A stretch of 64,000 nt of DNA from an uncultured Acidobacteriota bacterium (GTDB lineage: Bacteria; Acidobacteriota; Vicinamibacteria; Vicinamibacterales; CAVVIG01): positions 90,013 through 154,012 of the forward strand of contig CAVYZX010000012.1 of assembly GCA_963773035.1 (NCBI GenBank), read 5' to 3'. Below, piece by piece: positions 48,281-59,543 of this stretch (positions are counted from its first letter, which is position 1; each line of letters opens with the position of its first letter). The notes under the pieces are model-generated. The model had not been told where the DNA came from. It was given only the letters and a program-made list of their open reading frames with translations, and ran no database searches. Made by a program: the position numbers and the translations under genes.

Positions 48281-49702
48281 ATGGTCTCCACTCAATTGGC
48301 CGTCGTTGGCGGCGGCCCAGGCGGGTACGCGGCCGCTTTTCTCGCAGCCGATCTGGGTATGCAGGTCACGCTCATCGATCCCGAGGTCAATCCCGGCGGC
48401 GTGTGCGTTTATCGCGGCTGCATTCCGTCGAAAGCGCTGCTGCATGTGTCCAAACTGGTCACCGAATCGCGGCACGCGAAGGCTTGGGGCGTTGAGTTCG
48501 GCGAGCCGAAAATCGACCTCGACAAGCTCCGCCGCTTCAAAGACGCCGTCATCGGTCGTTTGACTGCTGGGACCGGTCAGCTCGCCAAATACCGGAAGGT
48601 GCATCATCTGCAGGGTCTGGCAGAAATCCAGGACGCCCATAACTTGCGCGTCAAGTTGAAAGGCGGTGGTGAGGAGCAGGTCCGCTTCGACCAGGCCATT
48701 CTTGCGACCGGCTCACGGCCCGCGCGAGTCGGCAGCCTTACTCTTGAAAGCTCCCGGGTGTGGGATTCGACGGCGGCTCTTGATCTTCCGACCATCCCCA
48801 AGACCCTCCTGGTTGTGGGCGGCGGATACATCGGTCTGGAGTTGGGAAGTGTGTATGCCGCGCTCGGAAGTCAGGTGACGATCGTCGAGATGACCGGCGG
48901 CCTCCTCCCTGGAGCCGATCGGGATTTGGTCGAAGTCCTCGCAAAACGAATCGATCAAAACGCGAAGGCGGTTCTGCTGAAAACGAAGGTCGCGCGAATG
49001 CAAGAGGAGTCCAATGGGATTCGCGCGACTCTGGAGGGCCCGGACGTCAAAGACGCAGAACAGCTTTTCGACCGTGTGCTGGTGTCAGTCGGACGTAAGC
49101 CCAACTCGGAAATTCCTGGACTGGATCGCACAGCCGTCAGGGTGGACGAGCGCGGCTTTATTCTGGTGGACGATCAACGACGGACGCACGAGGAGTCAAT
49201 CTTTGCCATTGGCGACGTGGTCGGTGAGCCGATGCTCGCGCACAAGGCTTCGCACGAAGGGCGAGTGGCGGTCGAGGTCATCGCAGGAAAACCCGTGGTT
49301 TTCAAGCCCTATGCGATTCCAGCCGTCGTATTCACCGATCCCGAACTAGCGTGGTGCGGCCTGACCGAGACACAAGCCGCCTCCCGCAACCTGAACGTCG
49401 CCATCGTCAAATTCCCGTGGGCGGCGTCGGGTCGCGCGATCACACTCGACCGGGTCGACGGCTTGACGAAGCTGATGCTGGATCCAGAAACCGAGCGTGT
49501 TCTTGGCGTGGGCGTTGTCGGGTCTGGTGCCGGGGAACTGATTGCCGAAGGCGTGTTAGCAATCGAGATGGCCGCCACGGCCACCGATGTCAAGCTCTCG
49601 ATTCACCCGCACCCAACGTTAAGCGAGACGGTTATGGAATCAGCCGAGGTCTTCTTCGGACAGGCGACCCACGTGTATCGACCGAAGAAGATCAAGAACT
49701 GA
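48281..49702 (+). CDS. lpdA: Dihydrolipoamide dehydrogenase E3
   Basis: GGGPGG, CVYRGCIPSK, GGGYIGLE, HPHPTLSE. Confidence 0.95.
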   Translation: MVSTQLAVVGGGPGGYAAAFLAADLGMQVTLIDPEVNPGGVCVYRGCIPSKALLHVSKLVTESRHAKAWGVEFGEPKIDLDKLRRFKDAVIGRLTAGTGQLAKYRKVHHLQGLAEIQDAHNLRVKLKGGGEEQVRFDQAILATGSRPARVGSLTLESSRVWDSTAALDLPTIPKTLLVVGGGYIGLELGSVYAALGSQVTIVEMTGGLLPGADRDLVEVLAKRIDQNAKAVLLKTKVARMQEESNGIRATLEGPDVKDAEQLFDRVLVSVGRKPNSEIPGLDRTAVRVDERGFILVDDQRRTHEESIFAIGDVVGEPMLAHKASHEGRVAVEVIAGKPVVFKPYAIPAVVFTDPELAWCGLTETQAASRNLNVAIVKFPWAASGRAITLDRVDGLTKLMLDPETERVLGVGVVGSGAGELIAEGVLAIEMAATATDVKLSIHPHPTLSETVMESAEVFFGQATHVYRPKKIKN

Positions 49703-49713
49703 AACTGGGCGTT

Positions 49714-49926
49714 TCAGTTGTCTGCTCGGGTAACCGCGCCCGAGGCTGTCCACCGCAGAAACGACGACTCCACCAGCGCCTCGATCACAGCCTGACACGC
49801 CGGGCCATCCAGTCCCCAAAGGCGTGTCGCCTGAGCGGGCGTCAACCGCAAGCCTGGCATTTCCACAAACTCGGCGCGCACGCGCCGCAGCACCGCTTCG
49901 AGGTCCAGCATGGTTTCCATTTCCAC
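49714..49926 (-). CDS. Small hypothetical protein with a winged-HTH-like pattern
   Basis: RVRAEFVEMPGLRLTPAQATRLWGLD..LEALVESSFL; sigma54-type promoter upstream. Confidence 0.65.
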   Translation of the reverse strand: MEMETMLDLEAVLRRVRAEFVEMPGLRLTPAQATRLWGLDGPACQAVIEALVESSFLRWTASGAVTRADN

Positions 49927-49961
49927 AACCTGGCTTGGGATTGTCCTTCGTTGTTCAGAGG

Positions 49962-49977
49962 AGCAAGAACAGAGCCA
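49962..49977 (-). promoter_or_regulatory. Sigma54 -24/-12 promoter
   Basis: Minus strand TGGCTC-TGTTC-TTGCT matches TGGCAC-N5-TTGCW with correct spacing. Confidence 0.7.
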
Positions 49978-50125
49978 GACTCATGAAAGTCGATGGCAAG
50001 TGCAGATGCACGATTCGCTGAATGTTTTTTCTTCTTTCTTCCGGGGTGCGCACCGATTGGTTAGACAAGGGTGGGCGGCCGTTGTCCTGAGGTGGGACAG
50101 AGGCGTCATGTTCTGGTAGGTGGGA

Positions 50126-51031
50126 TTAGGCTCCGGCGGCGGCTTTGTACGCGTCGGCTGTCTCGTGCGCGTGATAGGAGCTCCGGACCAGTGGTCCCGA
50201 TTCGACGTGGACGAAGCCCAACTCGAGTGCGAGCTCCTTCAGCTCGCGGAATTCGTCCGGGTGATAGTACCGAACCATCGGTGCGTGCTCGGCGGAAGGC
50301 CTGAGATACTGACCGATCGTAAGAATCTCGCAGCCGACGTTCCGCAGATCTTTGAACGTCGCGACCAGCTCGTCATGCTCCTCTCCAAGCCCGACCATGA
50401 GGCCGGTCTTTGTCGGAATGCCCGGCGCGTACCGGCGGGAGCGATCGAGCAGATCGAGCGTGCGGGAGTATCGCCCGCCTGATCGCGCCATCCGGTACAA
50501 GCGCGGAACCGTCTCGGTATTGTGGTTCAGGACATCGGGCCGAGCGTCGAGCACAGTCCGCAGCGCGGACTCGCTTCCCTTGAAGTCTGGAATCAGTACC
50601 TCGATGCGGCAGTCATTCAGCCGCTGGCGCGCCTGCAAGACCGTTTCGGCGAACAGGGCCGCTCCACCGTCTGTGAGATCATCCCGATCGACCGACGTGA
50701 TCACGACGTAGTTCAGACCGAGGGCGTGAATCGCCGTGGCGACACGTTCCGGCTCTGCAGGATCAACGGGCGCGGGGTGGCCGTGCGAAATAGCGCAGTA
50801 CGCGCAAGCTCTCGTACAGACGTCACCCAGAATCATGAACGTGGCGGTTCCATGGTGCCAGCACTCCCCGATGTTGGGGCAGTGAGCTTCCTCGCAGACC
50901 GTGTGAAGGTTGAGGTCCCGCATCAGTCTCCGGAGGCGAAGATAGTTCGGTGAGCCTGGCGCCCGAACCTTCAGCCACTCAGGCTTCGGTTCACGCGAAT
51001 GCACAACCGTGAGAGGGACAACTCGAGCCAC
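50126..51031 (-). CDS. lipA: Lipoyl synthase
   Basis: CEEAHCPNIGEC, CTRACAYC, RSSY. Confidence 0.96.
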   Translation of the reverse strand: MARVVPLTVVHSREPKPEWLKVRAPGSPNYLRLRRLMRDLNLHTVCEEAHCPNIGECWHHGTATFMILGDVCTRACAYCAISHGHPAPVDPAEPERVATAIHALGLNYVVITSVDRDDLTDGGAALFAETVLQARQRLNDCRIEVLIPDFKGSESALRTVLDARPDVLNHNTETVPRLYRMARSGGRYSRTLDLLDRSRRYAPGIPTKTGLMVGLGEEHDELVATFKDLRNVGCEILTIGQYLRPSAEHAPMVRYYHPDEFRELKELALELGFVHVESGPLVRSSYHAHETADAYKAAAGA

Positions 51032-51146
51032 GCTGAAATCGTAGCATTGGTCGGCGTGAATCGACGATTGGAGCCGAGACGTGGGGCCAAGGTCGAGATG
51101 CCACCTCGACCTCGCACCGCCATAGCGTGCATGGCGGCGATCGTTG

Positions 51147-52445
51147 TCACGACCGTGTTTGTGCCAGAAGCCAGGCGATGGTCAGCACAATCATGACCCC
51201 GACCGTCGTCCACGCGATGCCGTTGTAGCGCCGCGAATTGATGTATTCGCCCATCAATTCGCGGTCGTTGATCAACAGCAGCACGAAGATCAACACGAAC
51301 GGCAGGAGCACGCCGTTGGCGACCTGTGACAGCACCATGACCCGAAACAAGGGAAACCCGGGAATGAGCAGCACACCGGCCCCAAGTACGATCAGAAGCG
51401 TGTAGAGCCAATAGAATGCCGGGGCTTCGTGGAACCGCTTATCCAGGCCCGACTCGAGGCCTAGCCCCTCGCACACGGCGTAGGCAGTCGAGATTGGCAG
51501 CACGCACGCCGCAAAGAGCGATGCGTTGAAAAGCCCGGCGGCAAACAGCAGGTACGCATATTCGCCCGCGAGCGGCTTGAAGGCGAGCGCTGCATCCGCG
51601 CCCGTCTCGATGTCGTACCTGCCGGAAGTGTGCAGCGTTGCGGCACAGGCGACGACGATGAACCATGCGACGATGGCTGCGAACAGGCAGCCGATTATGA
51701 CGTCGAGCCGAGATGCCCGATACTGCCGCGCCGTGACACCCTTTTCGACGATGGAGGCCTGCAAGTAGAACTGCATCCAAGGCGCGATCGTCGTGCCCAC
51801 GAGTCCGATCACCATCGAGAGGTACGAATAGTTTCGGAACTCAACGCTCTCGGGCCGAGTTACGGTCGAAAGGGCGGCCGCCTTCCAGTCGGGACGTGCG
51901 AGCACACAAGTCACGACGTACGCGATGTAAAAAGCCGAGGCCGACAGGAAGACCTTTTCGATGCTGTTGTAGGTCCCGTGGACAACGATGCTCCAGACAA
52001 CCAGCGCAGCGAGCGGGATCACGATGTACTTGGACACGCCGAAGAGCTCGAAGCTGCTGGCGACGCCGGCGAACTCGCTGACGATGTTGAAGAAGTTCGT
52101 TGCAAACAAAGCGGCCATCAGAAAGAACGTGGCCCGCAACCCGAACTCCTCCCGGATCAGGTCGCTCAACCCCTTGCCGGTGACCGCGCCCATCCTGGAC
52201 GACATCTCCTGCACAATCACCAGCGCCACGGTGATGGGAATCATTGTCCACAACAGCGAATAACCGAATTGCGCGCCGGCGACGGAATAGGTTGCGATTC
52301 CGCCGGCGTCGTTGTCGACATTCGCGGTGATGAACCCTGGACCGATGACGGACAGCGCCAACGCGAGCCGTAGCCGCCAGCCCCTTCGGCTGACGGCTGC
52401 TCTCAACGTACCCAGGCGAGCCTTCCACTCTGTGAGCGAGATCAT
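51147..52445 (-). CDS. Nramp-related divalent metal transporter (NRMT/Mg2+-type motifs)
   Basis: TM1 GPGFITANVDNDAGGIATY and TM6 GTTIAPWMQFY, in place of the canonical DPGN and MPH. Confidence 0.85.
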   Translation of the reverse strand: MISLTEWKARLGTLRAAVSRRGWRLRLALALSVIGPGFITANVDNDAGGIATYSVAGAQFGYSLLWTMIPITVALVIVQEMSSRMGAVTGKGLSDLIREEFGLRATFFLMAALFATNFFNIVSEFAGVASSFELFGVSKYIVIPLAALVVWSIVVHGTYNSIEKVFLSASAFYIAYVVTCVLARPDWKAAALSTVTRPESVEFRNYSYLSMVIGLVGTTIAPWMQFYLQASIVEKGVTARQYRASRLDVIIGCLFAAIVAWFIVVACAATLHTSGRYDIETGADAALAFKPLAGEYAYLLFAAGLFNASLFAACVLPISTAYAVCEGLGLESGLDKRFHEAPAFYWLYTLLIVLGAGVLLIPGFPLFRVMVLSQVANGVLLPFVLIFVLLLINDRELMGEYINSRRYNGIAWTTVGVMIVLTIAWLLAQTRS

Positions 52446-52455
52446 CGCGCGCCGA

Positions 52456-53691
52456 TCACTTGTGCCGCAGCATCGAAATCACATCGTCTGCGGTGATGAT
52501 GCCGGCGAGGCGGCCGTCTGCATCGACGACCGGTAGTGTGAGCAGGTTGTACTTGTCGAAAAGCGCCGCCACTTCATCGTCGGGCGTGTCTGGCGCGCAG
52601 GCCACGTACTGATCGCTCAACTCCGACAGTCGAGTGTGCGCTGGAGAGATCGCAATCTTCAGTAGAGGAACTGCTCCAGTCAGCTTTTGAGCGTCTCCCG
52701 TCAAGTACACCGTCGCCAGGGCTTCGCGGCTGCCCTCGAACGTCTTCAGAGCGTCGATCGCATCGTCGACCATCGCTGTATGGGGAACCGCGAGAAACTC
52801 CGTGGTCATACGACCCGCTGCGGTTCGTCCGCCGAACTCGAGGAGCTGAGTGACTTCCTCTCGGTCCTCCGGCTCCATTTCCTGGAGGATCTTTCCGGAC
52901 CGATCCTCGGGCATGCCGCCGAGCAGATCGGCGGCGGCGTCCGGATCCATCTCCTCCACGATCTGAGCCGCACGACCGGAGTCGAGCGACTCGACGATGG
53001 ACAGTTGGACCTTCGGGTCGATCTCCTCGAGTGCCTCGGCGGCAACCTCTTCATTGATCGTTTCGAAGACCGATTCACGCTCGGCAGGCGGCAGGTCCTC
53101 GACGATGTCGGCAATGTCGGCCGGGTGGAGTTTCGCGAGGCCCTCATAGACGATCTTGAGTTTGACGCGCCGCGCCGGATCGGTCTCGAGAAGATCGACG
53201 AAATGCCACGGGATGACGCGCGGCGGAATGCGCTCCAGTAGGGCGCGCAGGGTAAATGTTGGAACGACGCCCTTGGCGAGGCGGCGGACGGCGCCGCGCG
53301 CCCCGACGTCCACCGAAAGCACGCTCAGCAGCAGATGACTGTTGACCGGTGTCGAGTCGAGCTCGACGTCGTTGACGCGGACGACCTTCCTCCCGAGCAC
53401 GTCGATAATCTGTTGATCGAGAAGGTCCCGCTTGAGAAGCAACACACCATCCGAGGCTGTGTACGGCTCCCAGCTCGCAGCGTCGGTATCAGAGCGAACG
53501 CTCTTGCTGCACGATTTCACATCCGCCGCGGGAAGGACGCGTTCGCCGTCGCCGGTGCCAACGATCAGGTAAGCAACGCGTGTGGGGTGCTCTTGAGGCG
53601 CGATGGCAACTTCACGCACACGCCCACGAACCGTGCCGCTGGCATCGCGCACGCTGGCGCCGAGCAGTTCCGACAGGGCGACGATGGACAT
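52456..53691 (-). CDS. Soluble PRC-barrel + MgtE N-domain + CBS-pair protein with no transmembrane domain
   Basis: LLDQQIIDVLGRKVVRVND, LHPADIADIVEDL, TAAGRMTTE, KYNLLTLPVVD..GIITADD; ORF ends after the CBS pair. Confidence 0.88.
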   Translation of the reverse strand: MSIVALSELLGASVRDASGTVRGRVREVAIAPQEHPTRVAYLIVGTGDGERVLPAADVKSCSKSVRSDTDAASWEPYTASDGVLLLKRDLLDQQIIDVLGRKVVRVNDVELDSTPVNSHLLLSVLSVDVGARGAVRRLAKGVVPTFTLRALLERIPPRVIPWHFVDLLETDPARRVKLKIVYEGLAKLHPADIADIVEDLPPAERESVFETINEEVAAEALEEIDPKVQLSIVESLDSGRAAQIVEEMDPDAAADLLGGMPEDRSGKILQEMEPEDREEVTQLLEFGGRTAAGRMTTEFLAVPHTAMVDDAIDALKTFEGSREALATVYLTGDAQKLTGAVPLLKIAISPAHTRLSELSDQYVACAPDTPDDEVAALFDKYNLLTLPVVDADGRLAGIITADDVISMLRHK

Positions 53692-53743
53692 GGACCTAGG
53701 TCCCCGTGCGAGGCCATTTCGCTTCGATCAAGCATAGCAGCAA

Positions 53744-55012
53744 TCAGTGAACGTGAACATGGCCTCCGCCGGATCCGTTCGTGGGGCGCCAGCGCACAAA
53801 CACGTGGAACGACCGCGAGCCTTCGTAAAGATCGGTCAGTTCGGGGGACGTTCTGTAGGCGGATATGTCCGCTCCCACGCCGATTGGACCTCGCATGGCT
53901 CGAGCGATCGGACCCATGGGCAAGTCCTTGATATACCCGAGCGTCAGAGCATCGATGTGCGAATAGAAGTGCGGATGTCCGAAGCCCCTCGGATGGAAAC
54001 CCAGTCCAAGTATCTGCTTCGTCATGAATTCGGCGCGACCGTACAGCGATGTGGTTGGAGTGGTCCGAAAGTCCCATTCGAGCAGATAGCCGTTGTCTCT
54101 GTCGTTGAACCCGTTCGCGTAACGATTCTGGCCCCATGCGAGCGTCGCATGCAGTGCCCGCGATCGAATTGCCCCGTCGTACGCGACTGAAGCCGTGAAG
54201 CGAGTCGTGTCGTAAGGTTCGAACCATTCCGGCTCGTGCAGCCAACCGCCCGAAAACTGCGCCTGCCAGGGTCCCTGCCGCCAGCCGATCCGGGCCGCCC
54301 ACGAATTGAGCCGTGGCTCTTCGATGTTCAGCCTGTTTTCATCCGGCTCTTCCCCACGAAATGCCGACGCTTCGAGCGTCAGTCGGCCAGTATCCACGCC
54401 AAAACGGACCACGCCCGGCGTAATGTGCGTGGAGTCGAGACTGTGGTGTGTAAGCGGGACCTGGGGGTTGTTTTGCGCCGATTCTCGGTGCATGAAGGGG
54501 GTCGGTCCAAGAGTCGGCGAGCCGACGAGATCCGCCCCGAAGACGTACGCGAGAGCTGGAAGCTGAAGCCGATACGTCGCGCCAAGCTCCATGAGCAGAT
54601 CATGCGGATGCTGGTAGTTGACGAGTGGCACCTGCTGATAGCTCTCGCCGGTCTGATAGAGCTGCGGTGATCCTTGCGCGTGAAGCGTGAAGGGCTCGAG
54701 CGAAAGCATGGCCTGAAAGGTCAGCCGGCCTTGCTCCGTGGAGCGCAGGCTGGTCAGCATGAACCAGTTCTGCGATTCCCATGCTGAAAAGTCTGCGTAT
54801 TTTCGACTCTGGTAGTTGTAGCCGAAGATGATGTTCGCAGACGACGTCCACGACCAGTCACCTGCCGACGGCGGATTGGACTCGTGATGATGCTGAGCTG
54901 GCTGGCCATCTTCCTGCTCTGCCCGTGACTGAGCAGGGATCCCAAGAACCATCGTCAGAACGTATACGTGGAAAAGGACCGAACGCACGAAACTCCTGGA
55001 CACACTATGCAA
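53744..55012 (-). CDS. Putative outer-membrane beta-barrel protein with His-rich termini; start uncertain
   Basis: Signal-like N-terminus, QHHHE, QHPHDLLMEL, amphipathic aromatic strands, C-terminal GHVHVH. Confidence 0.7.
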   Translation of the reverse strand: MHSVSRSFVRSVLFHVYVLTMVLGIPAQSRAEQEDGQPAQHHHESNPPSAGDWSWTSSANIIFGYNYQSRKYADFSAWESQNWFMLTSLRSTEQGRLTFQAMLSLEPFTLHAQGSPQLYQTGESYQQVPLVNYQHPHDLLMELGATYRLQLPALAYVFGADLVGSPTLGPTPFMHRESAQNNPQVPLTHHSLDSTHITPGVVRFGVDTGRLTLEASAFRGEEPDENRLNIEEPRLNSWAARIGWRQGPWQAQFSGGWLHEPEWFEPYDTTRFTASVAYDGAIRSRALHATLAWGQNRYANGFNDRDNGYLLEWDFRTTPTTSLYGRAEFMTKQILGLGFHPRGFGHPHFYSHIDALTLGYIKDLPMGPIARAMRGPIGVGADISAYRTSPELTDLYEGSRSFHVFVRWRPTNGSGGGHVHVH

Positions 55013-55211
55013 GATACGTCACGACCGCCGCATTCCACCTTAACTGATTTTCCGACGTATCAGGCCTGTCTCAAAAGGACTGCCGGACGGTTCCCGTAAA
55101 CACTTTCGATTCAGTGTTGCCCGGGACGTGACTGGATCCTCCGGCTGAAAGATCGATTAGACTCTGCAGTGCCATCCGGGGCTCCGCTCGAGCCATTCAT
55201 CAGGAGGAGAT

Positions 55212-55628
55212 ATGGGACGAAGGTTGGGACTGATGACGGTTTGTACGCTGGTCGTGCTAGGCCTCACCGTCAGGGCAAACGAAAAGCCGTCTGAATCGTA
55301 CCAAAAAGCGATGAAGGACCTCGGCGCGGCGAATCAGAGCCTCCGGAACAACGTCACCGCCAAGGATTACGATGCCATTGCCAAAGACGCGGCGACGTTC
55401 AAGGCATCGTTCGCCGTAGCGCAGTCATTTTGGACTGGGAAACAGGTCGATGATTCGATGAAACTGGCCCAGGATGGCGCCAAAGCGGCTGCTGACCTCG
55501 AAACGGCTGCAAAGGCCAAGAGTGAGGAAGGTGTTGCCGCCGCTCAGCGAGCGGTCGGAGCGACTTGCGCCGCTTGCCACATGGCGCACAGGGAACGGTT
55601 GCAGGATGGAACATTCGAGATCAAGTGA
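55212..55628 (+). CDS. Periplasmic cytochrome c' (class II) type protein
   Basis: Signal peptide, helical Ala/Lys-rich body, single C-terminal CAACH; AGGAGG SD. Confidence 0.85.
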   Translation: MGRRLGLMTVCTLVVLGLTVRANEKPSESYQKAMKDLGAANQSLRNNVTAKDYDAIAKDAATFKASFAVAQSFWTGKQVDDSMKLAQDGAKAAADLETAAKAKSEEGVAAAQRAVGATCAACHMAHRERLQDGTFEIK

Positions 55629-55662
55629 ACCCCCTCTTCTCCGTGCGCGCCAAGAGGAAAGG

Positions 55663-57032
<1,370 letters not shown>

Positions 57033-57033
<1 letters not shown>

Positions 57034-58856
57034 CAGCCTTGTCGAGGTGTTTCGGCGCCGCCAGCGGCCTTGAGTCCGCCTGGCGCCGCACCAAAGGGCA
57101 AGTCGATCCGGACCTCGGTGCCCCGGCCAGGCTCGCTCGAGACCGAAATCGTGCCGTGAAGGCCCTCCACGATGTTCTTCGCAATGGCTAGGCCAAGCCC
57201 GGTGCCGCCGCGCTTGGTGGTGAAATACGGATCGAACACGCGAGACAGATCGGCTGAGTCGATCCCGATGCCACGGTCCGTAATGACAATAGACGCGCGA
57301 TCGTCGTGCGTCGCAGTTTGCAGCGTGATCGGTGCTTCTGCGGCTGGGGAACCATTCGATCCGCGCTCGGCTACGGCGTGGCGAGCGTTGACGAGCAGAT
57401 TGACGAGGGCGATACGCAGGCGTTCCCCATCGGTGTTCACGGGCCGCAGCGATGCCTCCACAACGAGTCGAACGGGCGCTCCTGGGCCCGATGCCTGCGC
57501 GGCTGAGGCGGACTCGCGACACAGCGCGTTGATGTCGGTCGCCGCCAGCTCGAAGCGAATCGGACGGGCGAAATCGAGCACTTCGTTCACGATGCGGTTG
57601 AGGCGCGTCACCTCGTCGGCAATGTCGCCTACGGCCTCGCGCGTGGTCGCCGGATCCACATCAGGTTGACGAAGGGCATGGAGCGACGCCTTGATGATCG
57701 TCAACGGGTTTCTGATCTCGTGGGCAATCACGGTCGACAGGCCACCGAGTGACGACAACCGTTCCTTTTGCGACATTTCGCGCTGAAAACGCGCAATGGA
57801 ATCGGTCAAGGTGTTGAAGGTCGTCGCCAGCAACCGTGCATCCTCGTCGTCCCATCGTTCGCCGTGGCGCAACGCGATCTTGCGCGTCAGATCGCCTGTG
57901 GCAGCCACCTCACGCATCGCGTCGGTGATCGTCGCCAGCGGCCGCGTGATCGTCCTGGCGACGGCAAAGCTGAGGAGCGTGGCAAGGCCGACCGCAAGGA
58001 TTGCGGTGAGCGCGAGACCAGCGTGAATCGCCTGAAGTCCTGCGAGCTGCTCGGTACGCGATCGGAGAATCAGCGCAACCGGTCCCGTTGCCAATCCTTC
58101 GGTGTCGGCCGACGCCGCCAGGCGCCGCGGGAGCACGGCGTACTCCTCGTCGCCGATGCGGACGTCGTGGACTTCCTCCGTTTCGTGCATCAGCGAGCCG
58201 AGTGCCGCGAGGTGCTCTCGCGGCAGGGTGGTGGCCAATATCTGGCCGTCCATGCCGAACGCCACGTCGCTGCCAGTAATCGCCTTCAACCGGGCAGAGA
58301 ATTCGTCGTCCAGGAGGAAGCCTGCGCTGAGTGTGCCGAGCATTTCGGGGTGCGACAGGTAGATAGCTATGGGCACGGTCACGAGTTGGAGCATGCCACT
58401 GGCCTGTGGCAGCAGGCTCACGCTTTCCCGGCCGCTGAGCGCCTCGCGTATGGCCGGCTGATGAGCCACGATATCGGCCGCGCGCGGGGATGTCCCGATG
58501 ATGGCGAGGACGCCGCCGGACTTGCCGGTAACCAGGAGCAGATTCGGACTGAGTGTCAGTTGCTTCTGAATGTCCCCCACCGCGACCTGCACGGTCTGCG
58601 GATCGTTCGTGGACGTGGCCGCCTTGAGCTTCGACGTGTCGGCGATCAATCGCGCCATCGTCGTGAACGTCTGAGTGCGAGTGGTCCGGAGTTGGTCGAC
58701 CAGCGTGCCGGTCGCGAAAATCTCGCGCTGCAAGGCTCGCTCGGCCTCCTGCGTGACGCGGACGTTCACCAGGTAGATCGCCACGGCGATCGAAAGAACT
58801 GTGAGCAGCGCGCTCGTAATGAAGATGCGGCTTCGAAGTGATGAAAAGAGTGTCAT
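57033..58856 (-). CDS. Sensor histidine kinase (periplasmic Cache-like domain, HAMP, HisKA, HATPase)
   Basis: Two TM segments; AHEIRNPL, NLLVNA, DRGIG, FTTK, GTGLGL. Confidence 0.93.
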
Positions 58857-59533
58857 CGCACGGTAATGTCCAACTCCGCGACGCCGCCGCCCGGCACGGC
58901 TGCCGACACGGGCTCCGACGCATTGCCTTCGTTCCAAGCAATCACGTTGTATGTTCCCGGCGGCACGTTGTCGATCCGGTACCGGCCCTCGGCGTCGGTT
59001 GTCGCGAAGAAAGGATGACTGAAGACGAGGATGAACGCGCTCATGTGCGAATGAATCTCGCAGAAGACCCGGACGATGCCGGGCCGATCGAAACGTACCG
59101 ACTTCGAACGCCCTGCGGCGTAGCGGCCCAAGTCGAATGACGTCGTCTTCGAGAGTGAAAACACATTGTGATAGATCCGGTCGCTATTGGGAAAGTCCAC
59201 CGTGGTGCCGGTTGTAATCGCGATCACGTGTGGAACGAAGGTTTCGTCCCGTTGATTCATGGTGGCGCGCGCCGACTCGGCTTGTTCGAACGCCCCGCGA
59301 GGAGCGGTTTCCAGGTAAACCACCGAGCGCAGGCGATCCGGGGCCTCCCCACGATTCACCGTGCCAAAGCCGGCCACGTTTGGCCGCGGCTCCTGGGCTT
59401 GTGGAGGGCGCCGCAGCTCGACGCGGCCTCTGATGGTCCCGGCGGCAGGACCTCGAAGCTGCGCCGAAGGCGTTGCGAACAACGCGAGCGCGAAGACCGC
59501 GAACAGCACCAAGGTCGGTCGAAGGAATCTCAC
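58853..59533 (-). CDS. Exported cupredoxin-like protein fused to a carboxypeptidase-regulatory-like domain
   Basis: Signal peptide; HNVF..CEIHSHM type-1 copper ligand pattern; TDAEGRYRIDNVPPGTY. Confidence 0.8.
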   Translation of the reverse strand: MRFLRPTLVLFAVFALALFATPSAQLRGPAAGTIRGRVELRRPPQAQEPRPNVAGFGTVNRGEAPDRLRSVVYLETAPRGAFEQAESARATMNQRDETFVPHVIAITTGTTVDFPNSDRIYHNVFSLSKTTSFDLGRYAAGRSKSVRFDRPGIVRVFCEIHSHMSAFILVFSHPFFATTDAEGRYRIDNVPPGTYNVIAWNEGNASEPVSAAVPGGGVAELDITVR

Positions 59534-59543
59534 GATCCGCGCC

